Positions 41,275 to 54,009 of a DNA stretch of 64,000 bases are shown one piece after another. The notes under the pieces are model-generated. The model ran no database searches and had not been told where the DNA came from. It saw nothing but the letters and a program-made list of their open reading frames with translations. Positions within the stretch are counted from its first letter, which is position 1; every line of letters begins with the position of its first letter. Both the position numbers and the translations under genes were made by a program. Origin of the DNA: the human T2T-CHM13v2.0 reference genome, Homo sapiens; NCBI RefSeq assembly GCF_009914755.1, contig NC_060930.1; one strand, written 5' to 3'.

Positions 41275-41731
41275 TAGCATTCAATGGTATGGGTGTACCA
41301 AAGTTTATTGAACTATTCCCTACTGAAAAACATCTGAGCTGCTAACAGTTTTTAAAATTTTATTAATAAAGTTTTATAAAGATTTATGTACATATTTTTT
41401 GTCAATATGTCTTCATTTCTCTGGGGTAAATGCCAAAGAGTCCAGTTACTGGGTTATAGATAGTTGAATATTCTGTTTTTTTGAGTCAAAGAAATTTTGC
41501 CTAGCATTCAATGGTATGGGTGTACCAAAGTTTATTGAACTATTCCCTGCTGAAAAACATCTGAGCTGCTAACAGTTTTTAAATTTTATTAATAAAGTTT
41601 TATAAAGATTTATGTACATATTTTTTGTAAATATGTCTTCATTTCTCTGGGGTAAATGCCAAAGAGTACAATTACTGGGTTATAGATAGTTGAATATTCT
41701 GTTTTTTTGAGTCAAAGAAATTTTGCCTAGC
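41275..41731. repeat. 227-bp tandem duplication (about 98% identical copies)
   Basis: Copies start at 41275 and 41502; TAGC at all three junction points. Confidence 0.97.
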
Positions 41732-42612
41732 CTTATAGCGTAGATATGTATTTTCTCCTGTGTTTTATTCTAAAAGATTTGTAAATCTATGGTTTACATT
41801 TAAGTCTGTGGTTAATTTTAGAATAAATTTTATATGAAGTGTGAGTTCTAGGTTGAAGTTCTTTCTTTCTTTCTTTTCTTATAGATGGTCAATTGCTCCA
41901 TCACTATTTGTTAAAAACATTAGCTGTCCTCCATGAATTGATTTTGCACCTTTGTCAAAAAGCATCTGAGCATGTCTCTTGGGCCTATTTCTGAATTAGT
42001 TTGCCTTTTATTTTCCCTAAATTACTTAAAGTTTTTTTTTAAAATCATAAATGAGTTTTTGACTCTTTAAAAAAATACTTTTTATGCGTGATTGATATGA
42101 TCATACAAATTTTCTTCTTTAATCTGTTACTGTGGTAGATTATGTTGATTGATTATCAAATGTTGAACTGCCTCACATAATTGAAATAAATTCTAATTAG
42201 GTATAACCTATAATTCTTATCCACTTTAGTGTCTGATTTGTTATTTTGTTGAGAATTCTTGCATGTAGGTTTTAAGAGATACTGGTCTGTAAATTTCTTT
42301 TTTTGTGTGTGTATTATCTTTGTTTTCGGTATCATAGTAACAATATTCATTGGGAAATGTTCCCTACTCTTTTATTTTCTGGAAGAGATTGTATAAACTT
42401 TGTATTAATTCTTTTAATATTTGTAAGAATTCTCCTGTGAACCAATCTGGGCCTGAGGATTTCTTTACTGGATGCTTTTCAGTTGCAAATTCCATTTCTC
42501 TAATGGTTTATAGCACTATAATATGGCTATCTCTTTTATTTGATTGAGTTGGTAGTTTGTGGTTTTTGAGGAATAGTCCCATGTCTTCTAAGCTGTTGAA
42601 TTTATGAGTACG

Positions 42613-43020
42613 TGAACAGAAGTTTTCTGAAAAGGAATTTGGAAGGAAGAGATTTTATTCCAGTGAACAGTTTGCAAATGAGGGAGAAGCAGCCTTTAGT
42701 ATAAAACAAAGGAGCATTCCAGAGAACAAAGGAAAGGCTCATGTATTTATAAAGTCCCAACCCAGGTTCCCAATCAGGTCGATTTATGCAAATGAAGGAT
42801 TGAAACTTGATTAGTGCTGATTGGTCAATGCAGCTAAGTTCTGATTGGTTGGTTCAGGTGAGCTCTGAAAGTTCCAGTAATAAAAAGGTTGAATTTTGGA
42901 GGGAACTCAGAGTATTTGTGTGACCTCCAATCAGCAAATGGCTGCTTAAGTCTATTTTGAGTTTATATCCAGTTAGCCATTCGGGATCCATCTTGAAGTA
43001 TTGGCTCTTTCAGATTTATA
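42613..43020 (-). mobile_element. ERV1 solo LTR (MER66-like)
   Basis: Reverse complement ctgaaagagccaat.cttcaagatggatcccga.tggctaac; several CCAAT boxes, an octamer, and AATAAA on the minus strand. Confidence 0.65.
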
Positions 43021-43549
43021 CTTTTTCAGAAGTATATTGTTCTGCAGTATTTTCCTAATATCTTTTTAATAAGTATAGTGTCTGTATTGTTATCTCCTAT
43101 TTCATTCTTAATATTGGAGATTTTTGTCTTCTCTTTTCTTATTTTTGTCAATTTTGCTAGAGATTTATTAATTTTTTTAAGAACAAGCTTTTTGTTTTAT
43201 TGTTTTCCTCTTTCCAATTTCACTGACTTTTTGCCTTATCTTTATGATTTCTTTCTTTCTGCTGGATTTGAGTTTATTTCACTTTTTTTCCCCTAGTTTC
43301 TAGAGGTGCAACTTACGGACTTGAGATCTTCCTCTTTTCTCACGTAAGTATTTAGTGCTATAAATTTTCCTCTCAGTACTCTGTTAGGTGCATACCACAT
43401 ATTTTGAAATATTGTATTTTCATTTTCATTTAGTTTTATGTGTTTTTAAAATTTTTATTTGATACTTCCTCTTTGACCCATAAATTATTTACAGTGTATT
43501 ATTAAATTCCAAGTGTTTTAATATTTTTTATTTAAAACAATTTATTAAA

Positions 43550-43863
43550 AAATTTTTTCTATTTATTTACTTATTTATTGAGACTGGGGCTCACTTTGTT
43601 GCCCAGGTTGGAGTGCCAGTGGCATGACCTTGGTTCACTGTAAGCTTCACCTCCTGGGCTCAAATGATCCTCCTACCTCAGCCTCCAGAGTAGCTGGGAC
43701 CACAGGTGTGCACCACTACACCTGGCTAATTTTTTGTATTTTTTGTAGAGAGGGGGTTTTGCCATGTTGCCCAGGCTGATCTTGAACATCTGAATTCAAG
43801 CAATCCACCTGCCTTCGCCTCTCAAAGTGCTGGGATTACAGGCGTGAGTCATAGTGCCTAACC
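43550..43863 (-). mobile_element. AluJb, apparently inserted into the tail of a FLAM
   Basis: Dimer with J diagnostics; TSD aaacaattt. Confidence 0.9.
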
Positions 43864-43870
43864 GAAACAA

Positions 43871-43985
43871 TTTTTTTTTAAGAGACAGGGTCTTACTATG
43901 TTGCTCGTACTGGCCCTGAACTCCTAGGCTCAAATGATCCTCCTGCCTCAGCCTCCTGAGTAGCTGGGACTACAGGCATGTGCCC
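43871..43985 (-). mobile_element. FLAM (Alu monomer)
   Basis: agagacagggtcttactatgttgc...gctgggactacaggcatg. Confidence 0.85.
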
Positions 43986-44807
43986 AATGTTTAGAGATTT
44001 TTCCATAATTTATTTTTGGTGTTGATTTTTAGCTTGATTCTATGATGATTAGAGAATATACTCTGTATAATTTTTATATGTTTGTGGAACTTTTGTTTTG
44101 TAGCTCAAGATGTGGTCTTAGTGAACATTCCATTGGCACATAAAAAGATGTGTGTTTTTGGGTGAGGTGCTCTAAACAGGCCAATTAGATTGTGTTGTTT
44201 AGGTATTCTACAGCCTTGTTGATTTGCTGTCTAGTAGTTCTATTAACTGCTGAGAGGGAGGTGTTGATGGCCCCAACTATAATTGTGGATTTGTCTATTT
44301 CTCTTTTCAGTTCTATCAATTTTGTTTCATGAATTTAGATGTTTTGTTGTTTACTGTATTAATATTTGGGATCATTATGTCTTCTTGATGCATTTGTCCT
44401 TTTATCATAATGTAATGTCTTTGACTATATAATTTTCCTTGCTCTTAAATCTACCTTGTCTGACGTTAATATATCCACTCCTGTTTTTGTTTTAAATAAC
44501 ATTTCATGATTTATTTTTTTCCATCCATTTACTTTCAACCTACTTATGTCTTTAAATTTTAGGTATATTTATTGTGAACAGCATATAGTTGGGTCACTTT
44601 TTATTTTATCTACTTTGCCAATTTCTGCCTTTTAATTGTTGTATTTAAACCATTCATCCTTAAACTAATTTTTGACATGTTAGTGCTTAAGTCTGACATT
44701 TTATTTTTTTGATTTCTGTTTGTTTCCTCTGTTCTTATTCTTTCTTTTTTCTTTCCTTCCTCTGGGTTATTGAACATTTAAAAAAAAATTCTACCTTGAT
44801 GCATTTT

Positions 44808-45679
44808 TGAGATAGGAATAGCACTGAGTGGTTTCAGGGGGATGGAAAAACCCCAAACAACAACTAAAACAAGAATCAGGCAAAGAAACCACACAATAAC
44901 AGAAAATCCAAAACAAGGGAAAGAAAATGGCCAAAACTCTGGTCAAGGTGACTTGTCCATGACTGTTCCAGGTAAACCCAAATGAGGGAGAAGGTGGGTG
45001 GTAAGTGGGGGAGGGGTCCCTGAAATCCCCTCCTTTTCCAGAATACCTAGTGATTACTGCACCCCCTCATTAAAGAAATATCCATAAAATAGGAACGCTG
45101 GGTGGCCACAGGAAAAACGGAAAGATATCAAGGAACAATTTCACATAACAGCAAGAAAGGAACTGTTAAAAATTAGCTATAAGGACAAGGGCGAGCCTGG
45201 GCTGAGAAGACCCTAACAAACAGGACAGAGGCTAAGCTGGCTGACACCAGCTGGGTCCAGCGAGGCACTGGATTTGATCCATGCCCTACCAAAGTCCTAA
45301 TTATATGCTCATTACCATACTAAATCACACACCCACCATTGCCATGACAGATTCAAGCATGGCCATATTTAGCGTAAAAATGGGTGGGCCCTTAGTTCTC
45401 AGAAATTTCTGCCTTTTTCCTAGAAAATCTCCAGATTATTCTACCCCTAATTAGAAGAGCCTATAACATTAGTAACCCAAACTCCATCGTGCATGACTCT
45501 GTCGTGAGTACGCCTGCAGCCCCGCCCTTGAGTGCGTACTTTCACTTTGCAGTCAAAGCTCCTTGTCTTTTCATTTCATTCTGACTCCTCCCTGAATTCT
45601 TTGTTATAATGGTGTCAAGAACCAGCTAGGGCTGGCGTCTCACTGGCATCTGTAGACCCACCTAAGCCCTCCGGCAGCA
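44808..45679 (+). mobile_element. ERV1 solo LTR, MER41-family (MER41G-like)
   Basis: TG...CA; tgagataggaatagcact, catactaaatcacacacccacca, gccatgacag; subfamily assigned from recall. Confidence 0.7.
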
Positions 45680-45992
45680 TCTCTGGGACTTTTGAGTGCA
45701 TCACTCTGTATAGTTTTCTTAGTGGTTGCTCTGGGTATGAAAATTTACATCTATGATTTATCACAGACTACTAGCATCAACGTGTTGCACTTACAAGTTA
45801 AGTGTGGAAGCTTTACGCCCATTTACCCTCTACCTTTCCCATTTTTAAATATCATTGCCTTAATTATTAGATGGGGTTATAATTTTTGTTTCAATCATAG
45901 CATGGATGTTAGGAAGCTCATGAGGACAGCCTATGGTATTCCATTCCTCACTGTGTTTTCTTCTTTCTTAATGCTCAGAAATACCTTAATTT

Positions 45993-46290
45993 GGCTGGGC
46001 ACGGTGGCTCATGCCTATAATCCCAGCATTTTGGGAAGCTGAGGCGTTGGCGCATCACTTGAGGTCAGGAGTTCGAGACCAGCCTGGCCAACATGGTGAA
46101 ACCCCGTCTCTACTAAAAATACAAAAATTAGCTGGGTGTGGTGGTGCATGCCTGTAATCCCAGCTACTCAGGAGGTTGAGGCAGGAGAATCGCTCCGGGA
46201 GGCGGAGGTTGCAGTGAGCCAAGATTGCACCACTGAACTCCAGCCTGGGTGACAAAGTGGGACTCCGTCTAAAAACAAACAAACAAACAC
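45993..46290 (+). mobile_element. AluSx-type
   Basis: Full dimer, (AAAC)n tail; degenerate TSD acctt.attt. Confidence 0.94.
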
Positions 46291-47349
46291 AACCTTCATT
46301 TTTATTGCATTTCTGTCTGAAGAGCATCCTTCAGCCATCTTGAAGGTAGGCTGCTGGAGTACAGCTCCCAGCTGGCACTGCTTAAGGTGGCTGAAGGAAG
46401 GCCACCAGGACTGTCACCTCACATTGCCTCACATTGTCTCTAGGTGAGGGAATGACACCTCTGGCCTAGGGAGACAAAGAGAGCTTCCTCGGCTGGGTGC
46501 TGTGGTGGAGGCCTCCTTGACAGTGCCTGATGCCCCCACCAGACAGTGTCTCTAGGTGGAAGAGAGAAGAACCACAAGGAAGGGAGAACTTACCTTGGCA
46601 CCTCTTAGCCCTGGGGCTTCGGCTCCGTCCCTGTGGTTCTGCCTGGCTCCTGGGATATACTGTGCAGAACTTCCACTAGATTCCAATGTTGTTAGGTACC
46701 TGGGCCACCTTCTGTCGTGTTTTGGGAGTGGGAAATGCTAGGCCTGGGTTGCCTTCTGTTACGCAGGGGTTGCAAGATACCCTGAGGTTGTGTTGTTCAC
46801 AATATAACTCTTCAGTCCTCTTGAGGTCCCAAATCAGTTTGCCTTCCTCTTACCACTTCTCCTTTGATTTTCTCCTGCCTTCTATCCAGGGTTTATCATT
46901 GTACTTAGCAGGGAGAAGCAAGGAGACCTAGTCTACACTAGTCATCTTGTTTGAATAGAAATCCCTTTTGTTAGAATTTTAAAAATTTAGATTGTTCAAT
47001 TCTTAAATATCCTTTAGCCACCACAAAACAAAGGATTTCTCACTGGCTAAATTGTCCCATATAATGCTTGTATTCTTGTCTTTCCAATTTCATCTCTAAT
47101 TCTCCCCTATTCTCACTAAGGTTTTCTAGAGAGCCAGAAATTCACACTTGATTATGCACAGAACTCTGCTCTCTGCAGCCCCTAACCTATAACTCTGCCC
47201 TAAGCCCTTTGGTCTGTCTCAAACCCATCAATGGGCTCAGTTGAACAAAAGAGTCTTCTGCTTCTCTGGCCAGCACAAAAGATAGGCAGAGACCCAGGGT
47301 AAGAACATTTTCCTTTCACAGTATCCTTTGTCCTTTGAAGACATTGACT

Positions 47350-47525
47350 GTTTTAAATAGTATCTTCTATCACCCCTACGTGTTAACACTAATGTAGACA
47401 GGGCATTTTTTGCTCCACCTTTTGACCAAAGACTATGATCTCCTTAAAGGTTGGGATTACATCCCTAACACCAAGCAAAGTGCCAAGCACAGAGAGGGAC
47501 TGTAATAAATGTGTGTTAACTGGTA
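47350..47525 (+). mobile_element. L2 3' end
   Basis: agactatgatctccttaaagg...gtgccaagcacagag...aataaatgt. Confidence 0.6.
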
Positions 47526-47574
47526 GGAATAAAAGGCAGGCTGTTAAACTCTTTCTTCACTGTGTCAATAGGTT

Positions 47575-47810
47575 CAGCATGACAATAATAGGTCTGGAGG
47601 GAAACTGAAAGGTCAATTAGTTCATCTTTTTGCTTCTGTCCAAGAACACACACCAGATAACTAGGTAGCCAGTCTGATTTTAAGTACTTGGAAAGAAAAG
47701 AAAATTACAGTTTCCTTTAGTAATCCATTCCAGTGTTTAACAACTCTCATTGTCAGCAAGATTTTCTTTATATCTAGCCTAAATGTCTCTCGTTGCATTT
47801 TTAAACCTTA
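47575..47810 (-). mobile_element. CR1/L3 LINE 3' fragment
   Basis: taatccattccagtgtttaacaactctcattgtcagcaagattttctttatatctagcctaaat, characteristic of CR1/L3. Confidence 0.75.
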
Positions 47811-48009
47811 GCAGGTAGAAATGTGCAGCCAGGATTTGAATGGTCTTTATTTCTTTAATTACTTTTGAGCAAGTGAACAAGTATTTATGAGCTAAATACT
47901 TTCTTTCCATGCATCAGGTCCCAAACTATCCTTTATCTGAATATATGTGCATTTACCTGTCTTCATCATTTGGCTCTGAACTACCAGTGCCCTGATATTA
48001 GCTCCTTCC

Positions 48010-48475
48010 TGTGGAATATTGATTGTGTTAATGGTTTCAGTTTGCACCAGCATTCTTTGGTAGTGCCTTCCCGCACTGACTCTGGGCTTAACCACATGAC
48101 TTGCTTTGGTCGATGGGACAATTGCAAATTAGATGCAAGCAAAGTCTTGAAGAAACTCTTGAATATTTCTGCCTCTTTTCTTTACCTCACTGTGATAACT
48201 TGCCCAGGCCAATTTGCTGGAAGGATAAGACAGCAACCTGGAGAAAAACTGAGTCTTCCACTGTGAGGCCATCCAAGACCAGACAGCTCCTGACCGACAC
48301 ACCAGCTGATCACAGACAGACACATAAGGAGAGCTTAACTGAGATTAGCGGAGCCTGACCCAGGTCATGAGAGATAACTGCCCAGTGGATCCATAGACTC
48401 ATGATAGATAATGAGTGGATGTTGTTTTATGCCATTAATTTCTAGTGTGTTGGGTTTGCAACAAAAACTGATCCT
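48010..48475 (+). mobile_element. MLT1G/H-type MaLR LTR
   Basis: cactgactctgggctta.ccacatgacttgctttgg...ttgttttatgcca. Confidence 0.78.
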
Positions 48476-48859
48476 CTCCCTAGGAGGAGCTTCACTGGTG
48501 GAGCTTGACCTCAGCAAGAGGTTCTCCCTGCTGCTTCTCTAACTCTTGTTGTCTTACCTTCTTGCCTGTGTATCTCCTTCTTGCTTTGCTCTGAGTGGTC
48601 AACCAGCATAAACTACCTTGGACCACTCCGCCAGTTTTTGACCCTCAGCTTCATGAGAAGCAGCCAACATTCTAGTTGTTTACCATTGCACACATTTGGT
48701 GCATGCTTATATGTCCCTCTGTTTTGTAATCCCTGCTCCTGTATCCTTGCTTTATGACATACTGATAGAGCATTTCGCATTCCAACAATACTGATATATT
48801 ATTATGAGATTGTATTCTGAGTTATAACCAAATGTATTTCAGAGTAATAATGCCCCCTG

Positions 48860-49070
48860 GGAGTTACTAAGACAGTTTGAATGTGGCAGTAATGAGTCCA
48901 AAGTTGTAGGCTTAATCCCATTATCAGCAACTAGCTTTATACAAAAGAAATAATGGTTTCATTTAGACTATACTTTAAAATAGGTCAAACATTGCATGAA
49001 TCCACACCCTATCACAAAGGATTCTAAGCAAAAGAGTGTTGGTGGCCCAGTACCAACGATAGCTAAAATT

Positions 49071-49107
<37 letters not shown>

Positions 49108-49150
49108 CTTAGTGACTACAGGGCAGGAGGAAATCTTTATATGAAGATAA
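48860..49150 (+). mobile_element. MamSINE1-like ancient tRNA-derived SINE
   Basis: Degenerate tRNA-Ile-like head (tgtggcagtaatgagtccaaagttgtaggcttaatccc), then tagcttt, tcacaaagg, agagtgt and atatgaaga colinear with recalled MamSINE1. Confidence 0.55.
49073..49106. repeat. (CA)17 microsatellite
   Basis: Directly visible. Confidence 0.97.
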
Positions 49151-49204
49151 TATAAACACATCGGTAACTTACCTATGAAGAAAAACCAAGAATTAGCTAG
49201 TGAA

Positions 49205-49559
49205 TACTTTTGATCTGAAAGTTTCTGTTCACTCTTCTTTGTAATTCATATGTTGAAATCTTAACCCCCAAAGGTGTTGGTATTAGGGGATGGGGTCTTT
49301 GAGAGGTGATAAGGTCATGGCAGTGGAGTCTCATGAAGGGGATTAGTGCCCTTACAGAAAAGCCCATTGCCCCTTCCACCAGGGGAGGACACAGCAAGAA
49401 GGCACCATTTGTAAGCCAGAAAGAGGATCCTCACCAGATACTGATTCTACTTTGTCCTTGAAGTTCTAGTTCTCTAGAACTGTGAGAAATAAATTTCTGT
49501 TATTTATAAGCCACCTAATTTATGGTATTTTGTTATAGCAGCCAAAATGGACTAAGACA
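49205..49559 (+). mobile_element. MLT1A0-type MaLR LTR
   Basis: aattcatatgttgaaatcttaacccc...gaactgtgagaaataaatttctg...ggactaagaca. Confidence 0.88.
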
Positions 49560-50289
49560 ATGTAGAATTGGCAATCAGAGAGTCCATTTGGAATAAGTAT
49601 ACTTCATAAAATAATCAATAGAACCATTTTTTGAGAGTTATTTTGTGTAGCACAACTATGGAATAGACTAAACATTTAAAAATGATGACACATCCCTTTG
49701 GTAAATCCTAGTAGATTTAACTATTAAGTGGACCAGTTGCCAAATAGATCAAATGTTGAGTGAACTCAGGTCTCTGTTGAGAGTTCCAGCTAAAAAGAGA
49801 GATATGCTTGAGTTACAGACAAGGACTGGGCCTCAAAACAAGAGATCTGGGAATTTTTATCTATTGTTGGTTGGTTATGTAATGCTAAGAGGATTGTAGG
49901 ATCTTTATGTGTTTTTTGTCCTCTGAAGGGTAGAGTAGGGAAGCTAGTGGGTTATGACTCGGAGTGATAATTATAGTGTTGCATATTCACTGAGTCAAGG
50001 AATGGGCTCATTGGCTGGAGCAGAACTTCAGGCCTCTTTCCTGCCATGTCTTCTTCTATGTTTACTGTTCTGATTCTGACTGAGCAGAGCTATGTACAGA
50101 AAGATGAATATAATAAATTTGTTTAGGAAGGGTTTTCTATAAACATTGTTCTCTAAAGATATTCTTTGAGGGCTAAAACTAAAGTAATAAAGAAATTGAC
50201 AGTATTTTAAAATAAAATATGTTTTTAAGATGATTTCAGTACTAAATTATACCACCTCCAAGGTTACCTATGTTTTTGCTCAGCAGTCT

Positions 50290-51360
50290 TTGTATTCCTC
50301 CCTTGATAATTTCCCAACTGTTTCAGCACTACAGCACTATCCCACTTTTTCCTCTCAGAAATGGCACTGCCACCATCTACTGTGAGGAGGAGACCAAAGC
50401 CACCTGGCATGGATCCCCTCCGTGTCATGTTGACATAAACCTATTCTCTCTATTCTGCTCTCAAAACCCCTAATTTTATTGTTTCTGCTTAATCTTCTTT
50501 CATACAAAGCCAAACTTCTCTATTTCCTCGCCAACAAATCATCCTTTAAGTTTAACCCTTTGGCATTCGTCTATTCTTGCGTTGCTATAAAGAAACATCT
50601 GAGACTGGGTAATTCACAAAGAAAAGAGGTTTAATTGGCTCACGGCTCTGCAGGCTGTAGAGGAAGCATGGCACATCTGCTCAGCTTCTGGGGAGGCCTC
50701 AGAAACTTAAAATCATGGTGGAAGGTGAAGGGGAAGCAAGCCCTTCTCATGGGTGGAGCGGGAGGAGGGGTTGGAGGGGAGGTGCCCCACACTTTTAAAC
50801 CAAAAGATCTCATGAGAACTCTGCCACTAGAACAGCACCAAGGGGATGGTGCTGAACCATTCATGAAGGAACCACCCCCATGATCGAACCACCTCCCACC
50901 ATGCCCTACCTCTAACACTGGGGATTACAATTAGACATGATTGGGTTGGGGCACAGATCCAAACCATAGTACCTTTCTAATCTCATTTTCATTGGATCTA
51001 ATTAAGCTCATACTCATGGTAATGACCAGCCACTGTGAAATCTGACAACCTTTATTAGTGCTCATACTTCTTCAGCTTTATTGAACATTTAATGCTGTTG
51101 GACACCTCTCTTCCTTGAGCGGTTCTCTTGTTTTGGCTTCTGTGCCCATATATTCTAGTGGTTCCTCTGTTTTTTCCAACCACTCCTTTTCTAGATCTTG
51201 CATGGTTCTTCTCTCTCCACCTGCCCCTAAGTGTAAAATTTCCTAAAGTTAAATCCTTGGCCTTCTGTCTTGGTTTCTTTATACTTTCTTCCATAACTGC
51301 ATTCCTTTGTCCTTCATTTTTCCCACCCATTTCATTCCAATACTTACAGGGCTCCAGCCC
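50290..51360 (+). mobile_element. L2 ORF2 fragment split by an MST LTR
   Basis: ggtaatgacc...aaatctgac...cccctaagtgt...ccttggccttct. Confidence 0.6.
50562..50971 (-). mobile_element. MSTA/MSTB MaLR solo LTR
   Basis: ttgctataaagaaa.atctgagactgggtaatt...cagatccaaaccata; TSD ccttt. Confidence 0.92.
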
Positions 51361-52591
51361 AACCTATTACAAAGTGTCTACCCTGCCCATAGAAATATCC
51401 TGCAATATTCAGGCAAGCCACACTGATTTCAACACTTGTTGAATAAAGAATAAGTCATTTTTTTTCAATTTAGTATTCTATTTGATATGTCATGACCAAA
51501 ATAAATGTGTCTAGAACTGTATGTTGGGTCATAGTATTTATGTGTTGTTATTTAAACACATTATTCATATTTTGTTATTGCAGAGCTTCAACCCCTGAAG
51601 CCACCAAATTCAAAGGTCTATGAGTCTTCTCCTTACTGTAGGTGGGTGAATTTGCTGTTTCTGGATATACTCACGTTTATTCCAACTTCTATTCAGTCTG
51701 CAGTGAGGAAAATAACTCTGACTTTGCCTTGTTTTCTGCTGCAGCACAACAGGGCATGCCAAGAGAACTCTGTAGGGAAGGCTCAAAATTAAATGAATTT
51801 TACTCAAGTACTGAATTTTCAGCAAGCCAAAGAACTTCTTTTCAGTGGTTTTATTTGGTATTTTCACCAGAGCTTTCTCACATAATCGTCTCCTTTCTTT
51901 TGTTCCCTGTCGTCAAATGCATGGCCTCTGATGCTGAACATTCCCCGGGGGAGAGACATGGATGATCACAATGGCCCAGCATGGGTCTTGGCACTCGATG
52001 TGTGAGGCAAGTTAGCACCAAGCTGCAGGGCTGCAAGTGGGGCAGAGCTTCTCCAGGCCTTCCTATGGGGCTTCATCACACTCTGTAGCTTTTCCTCGAG
52101 TTCAAATCCTGTCCACAGACAAACTTCTAACAAAGCTTTTGTTGTTCTGATGAGTCACAGCTTCTCCCTATTTATGTCAATCATTCGGGGCACTCAGTTT
52201 TAACTATACAGTGTTTCTGCATACTCATCGGTTTCTTTTTCCTATAAATGTGAAAATAGTGTAAGAAAAGACTCATCCCCTCAGTGTCCACAAAAGCAGT
52301 GAGAAAAAAAGAGAAAATACTCATCCTGTAGCTCTTGAACTCAAGTAGTGAAGACTCAAGGCAGCAACCCCAGACTAAGTATCAATGATTCACACTTGTG
52401 AGAGGAAGGGAACTTGAATTATAGTGCACTAATCAAATAATTATTCTTTCCTACAGCGCAATCATGGTCATGACAATGAACTAACAATGAGTCATGCACT
52501 TTCTAAAATCACTTTTGGCCTTAACCTAAATTGTGTGGATGGCTTCTTTCTCAACTTGTGAAACTAGGCCTTTTGCGTCCTCATGTTCTAA

Positions 52592-53042
<451 letters not shown>

Positions 53043-54009
53043 GAATTCCTTTTTGTCTACTTCATTCATTGATCCTTTAGTAGCCTTTCTACTCTCCTTA
53101 TATATTTTTTAGAGAATAAATTTATTTTTAACAATTCTGGATCACTCACCCACATACATTTGTAGAGTTTAAGACTTCTTGGTTGCAATGATTAGAGCTA
53201 ATATTAGTCAGATCATTTTTCAACTATCTGAAGGCAAACCAATGAGAATCCCTAATTCCTGACTTAATGGGTAAGCCAGTTCAGAGCTCTTTCTGTCTCT
53301 CTCTCATACACACACACAGCCTGCCAGTGGGTGTGTAAAAGTCTAGTTTTCTAGTCACAAGTAGAGAGTTGGTTAAACATTATAGGTTTGAAGCACACTT
53401 TAACTGATTCAGTAATTTTAGGGGCGCTGGCTGTCAGGAACATAATTGGTTCCTATAAAATTCTATTGCTAGATTACTTGGTTTGGGAAAATTGTTTCCC
53501 GATAGGCCATTACTCTTGCAAGGATATCTTATCCAAAGAGAGAAATGACTGATCAAACTTATAACAACTCAATACAGTTAAGTGTAACCTTCAAAGTCTT
53601 GGGGTAAACTTATTTATAAAAAAGGAGCAAAACATTATAGATAATTGACTATTTAACTTACCCTTGTTTGCCTCCATCTGTGAAAGGAGCATCTTTGATG
53701 GGTTGAGAGTACTAATTGTATCCTAGACTTGCTCATCCCCAACACTGAGGCCCTGAGTCTGTACCCTGACTTGGGGGCTGAACTGGAGCAACTCTTTGCT
53801 CTGGGAGAAGAGTTAAAAGGAGTTCACAATGTTCAGGCCCAGCTGTCTTTTGGGAGAGATGTCTGCACTGATTATGGATCCAAACATCAGAGAGGAAGTG
53901 ACAACTTTTCAGAATCCTTGATTCGAAGTCAAGAAAGCCTAGAAGAACATGCAAGACAACATTCAAGCAGAACCCAGGGATACTATGCAGAAAGTCTTTC
54001 AATTTGAAT

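Larger units (their letters stand above)
40845..46966 (-). mobile_element. L1MC/L1MD element with both ends, internal deletions and nested LTRs and Alus
   Basis: 3'UTR at 40850, ORF2 remnants 41700-44800, 5'-end-like 46330-46966; candidate TSD ttgttaga.tttt.aaaatt at 40836 and 46968. Confidence 0.72.

Noticed and set aside
48860-48935. Functional tRNA gene
   Set aside because: The A/B boxes and cloverleaf are degraded; it is a SINE head
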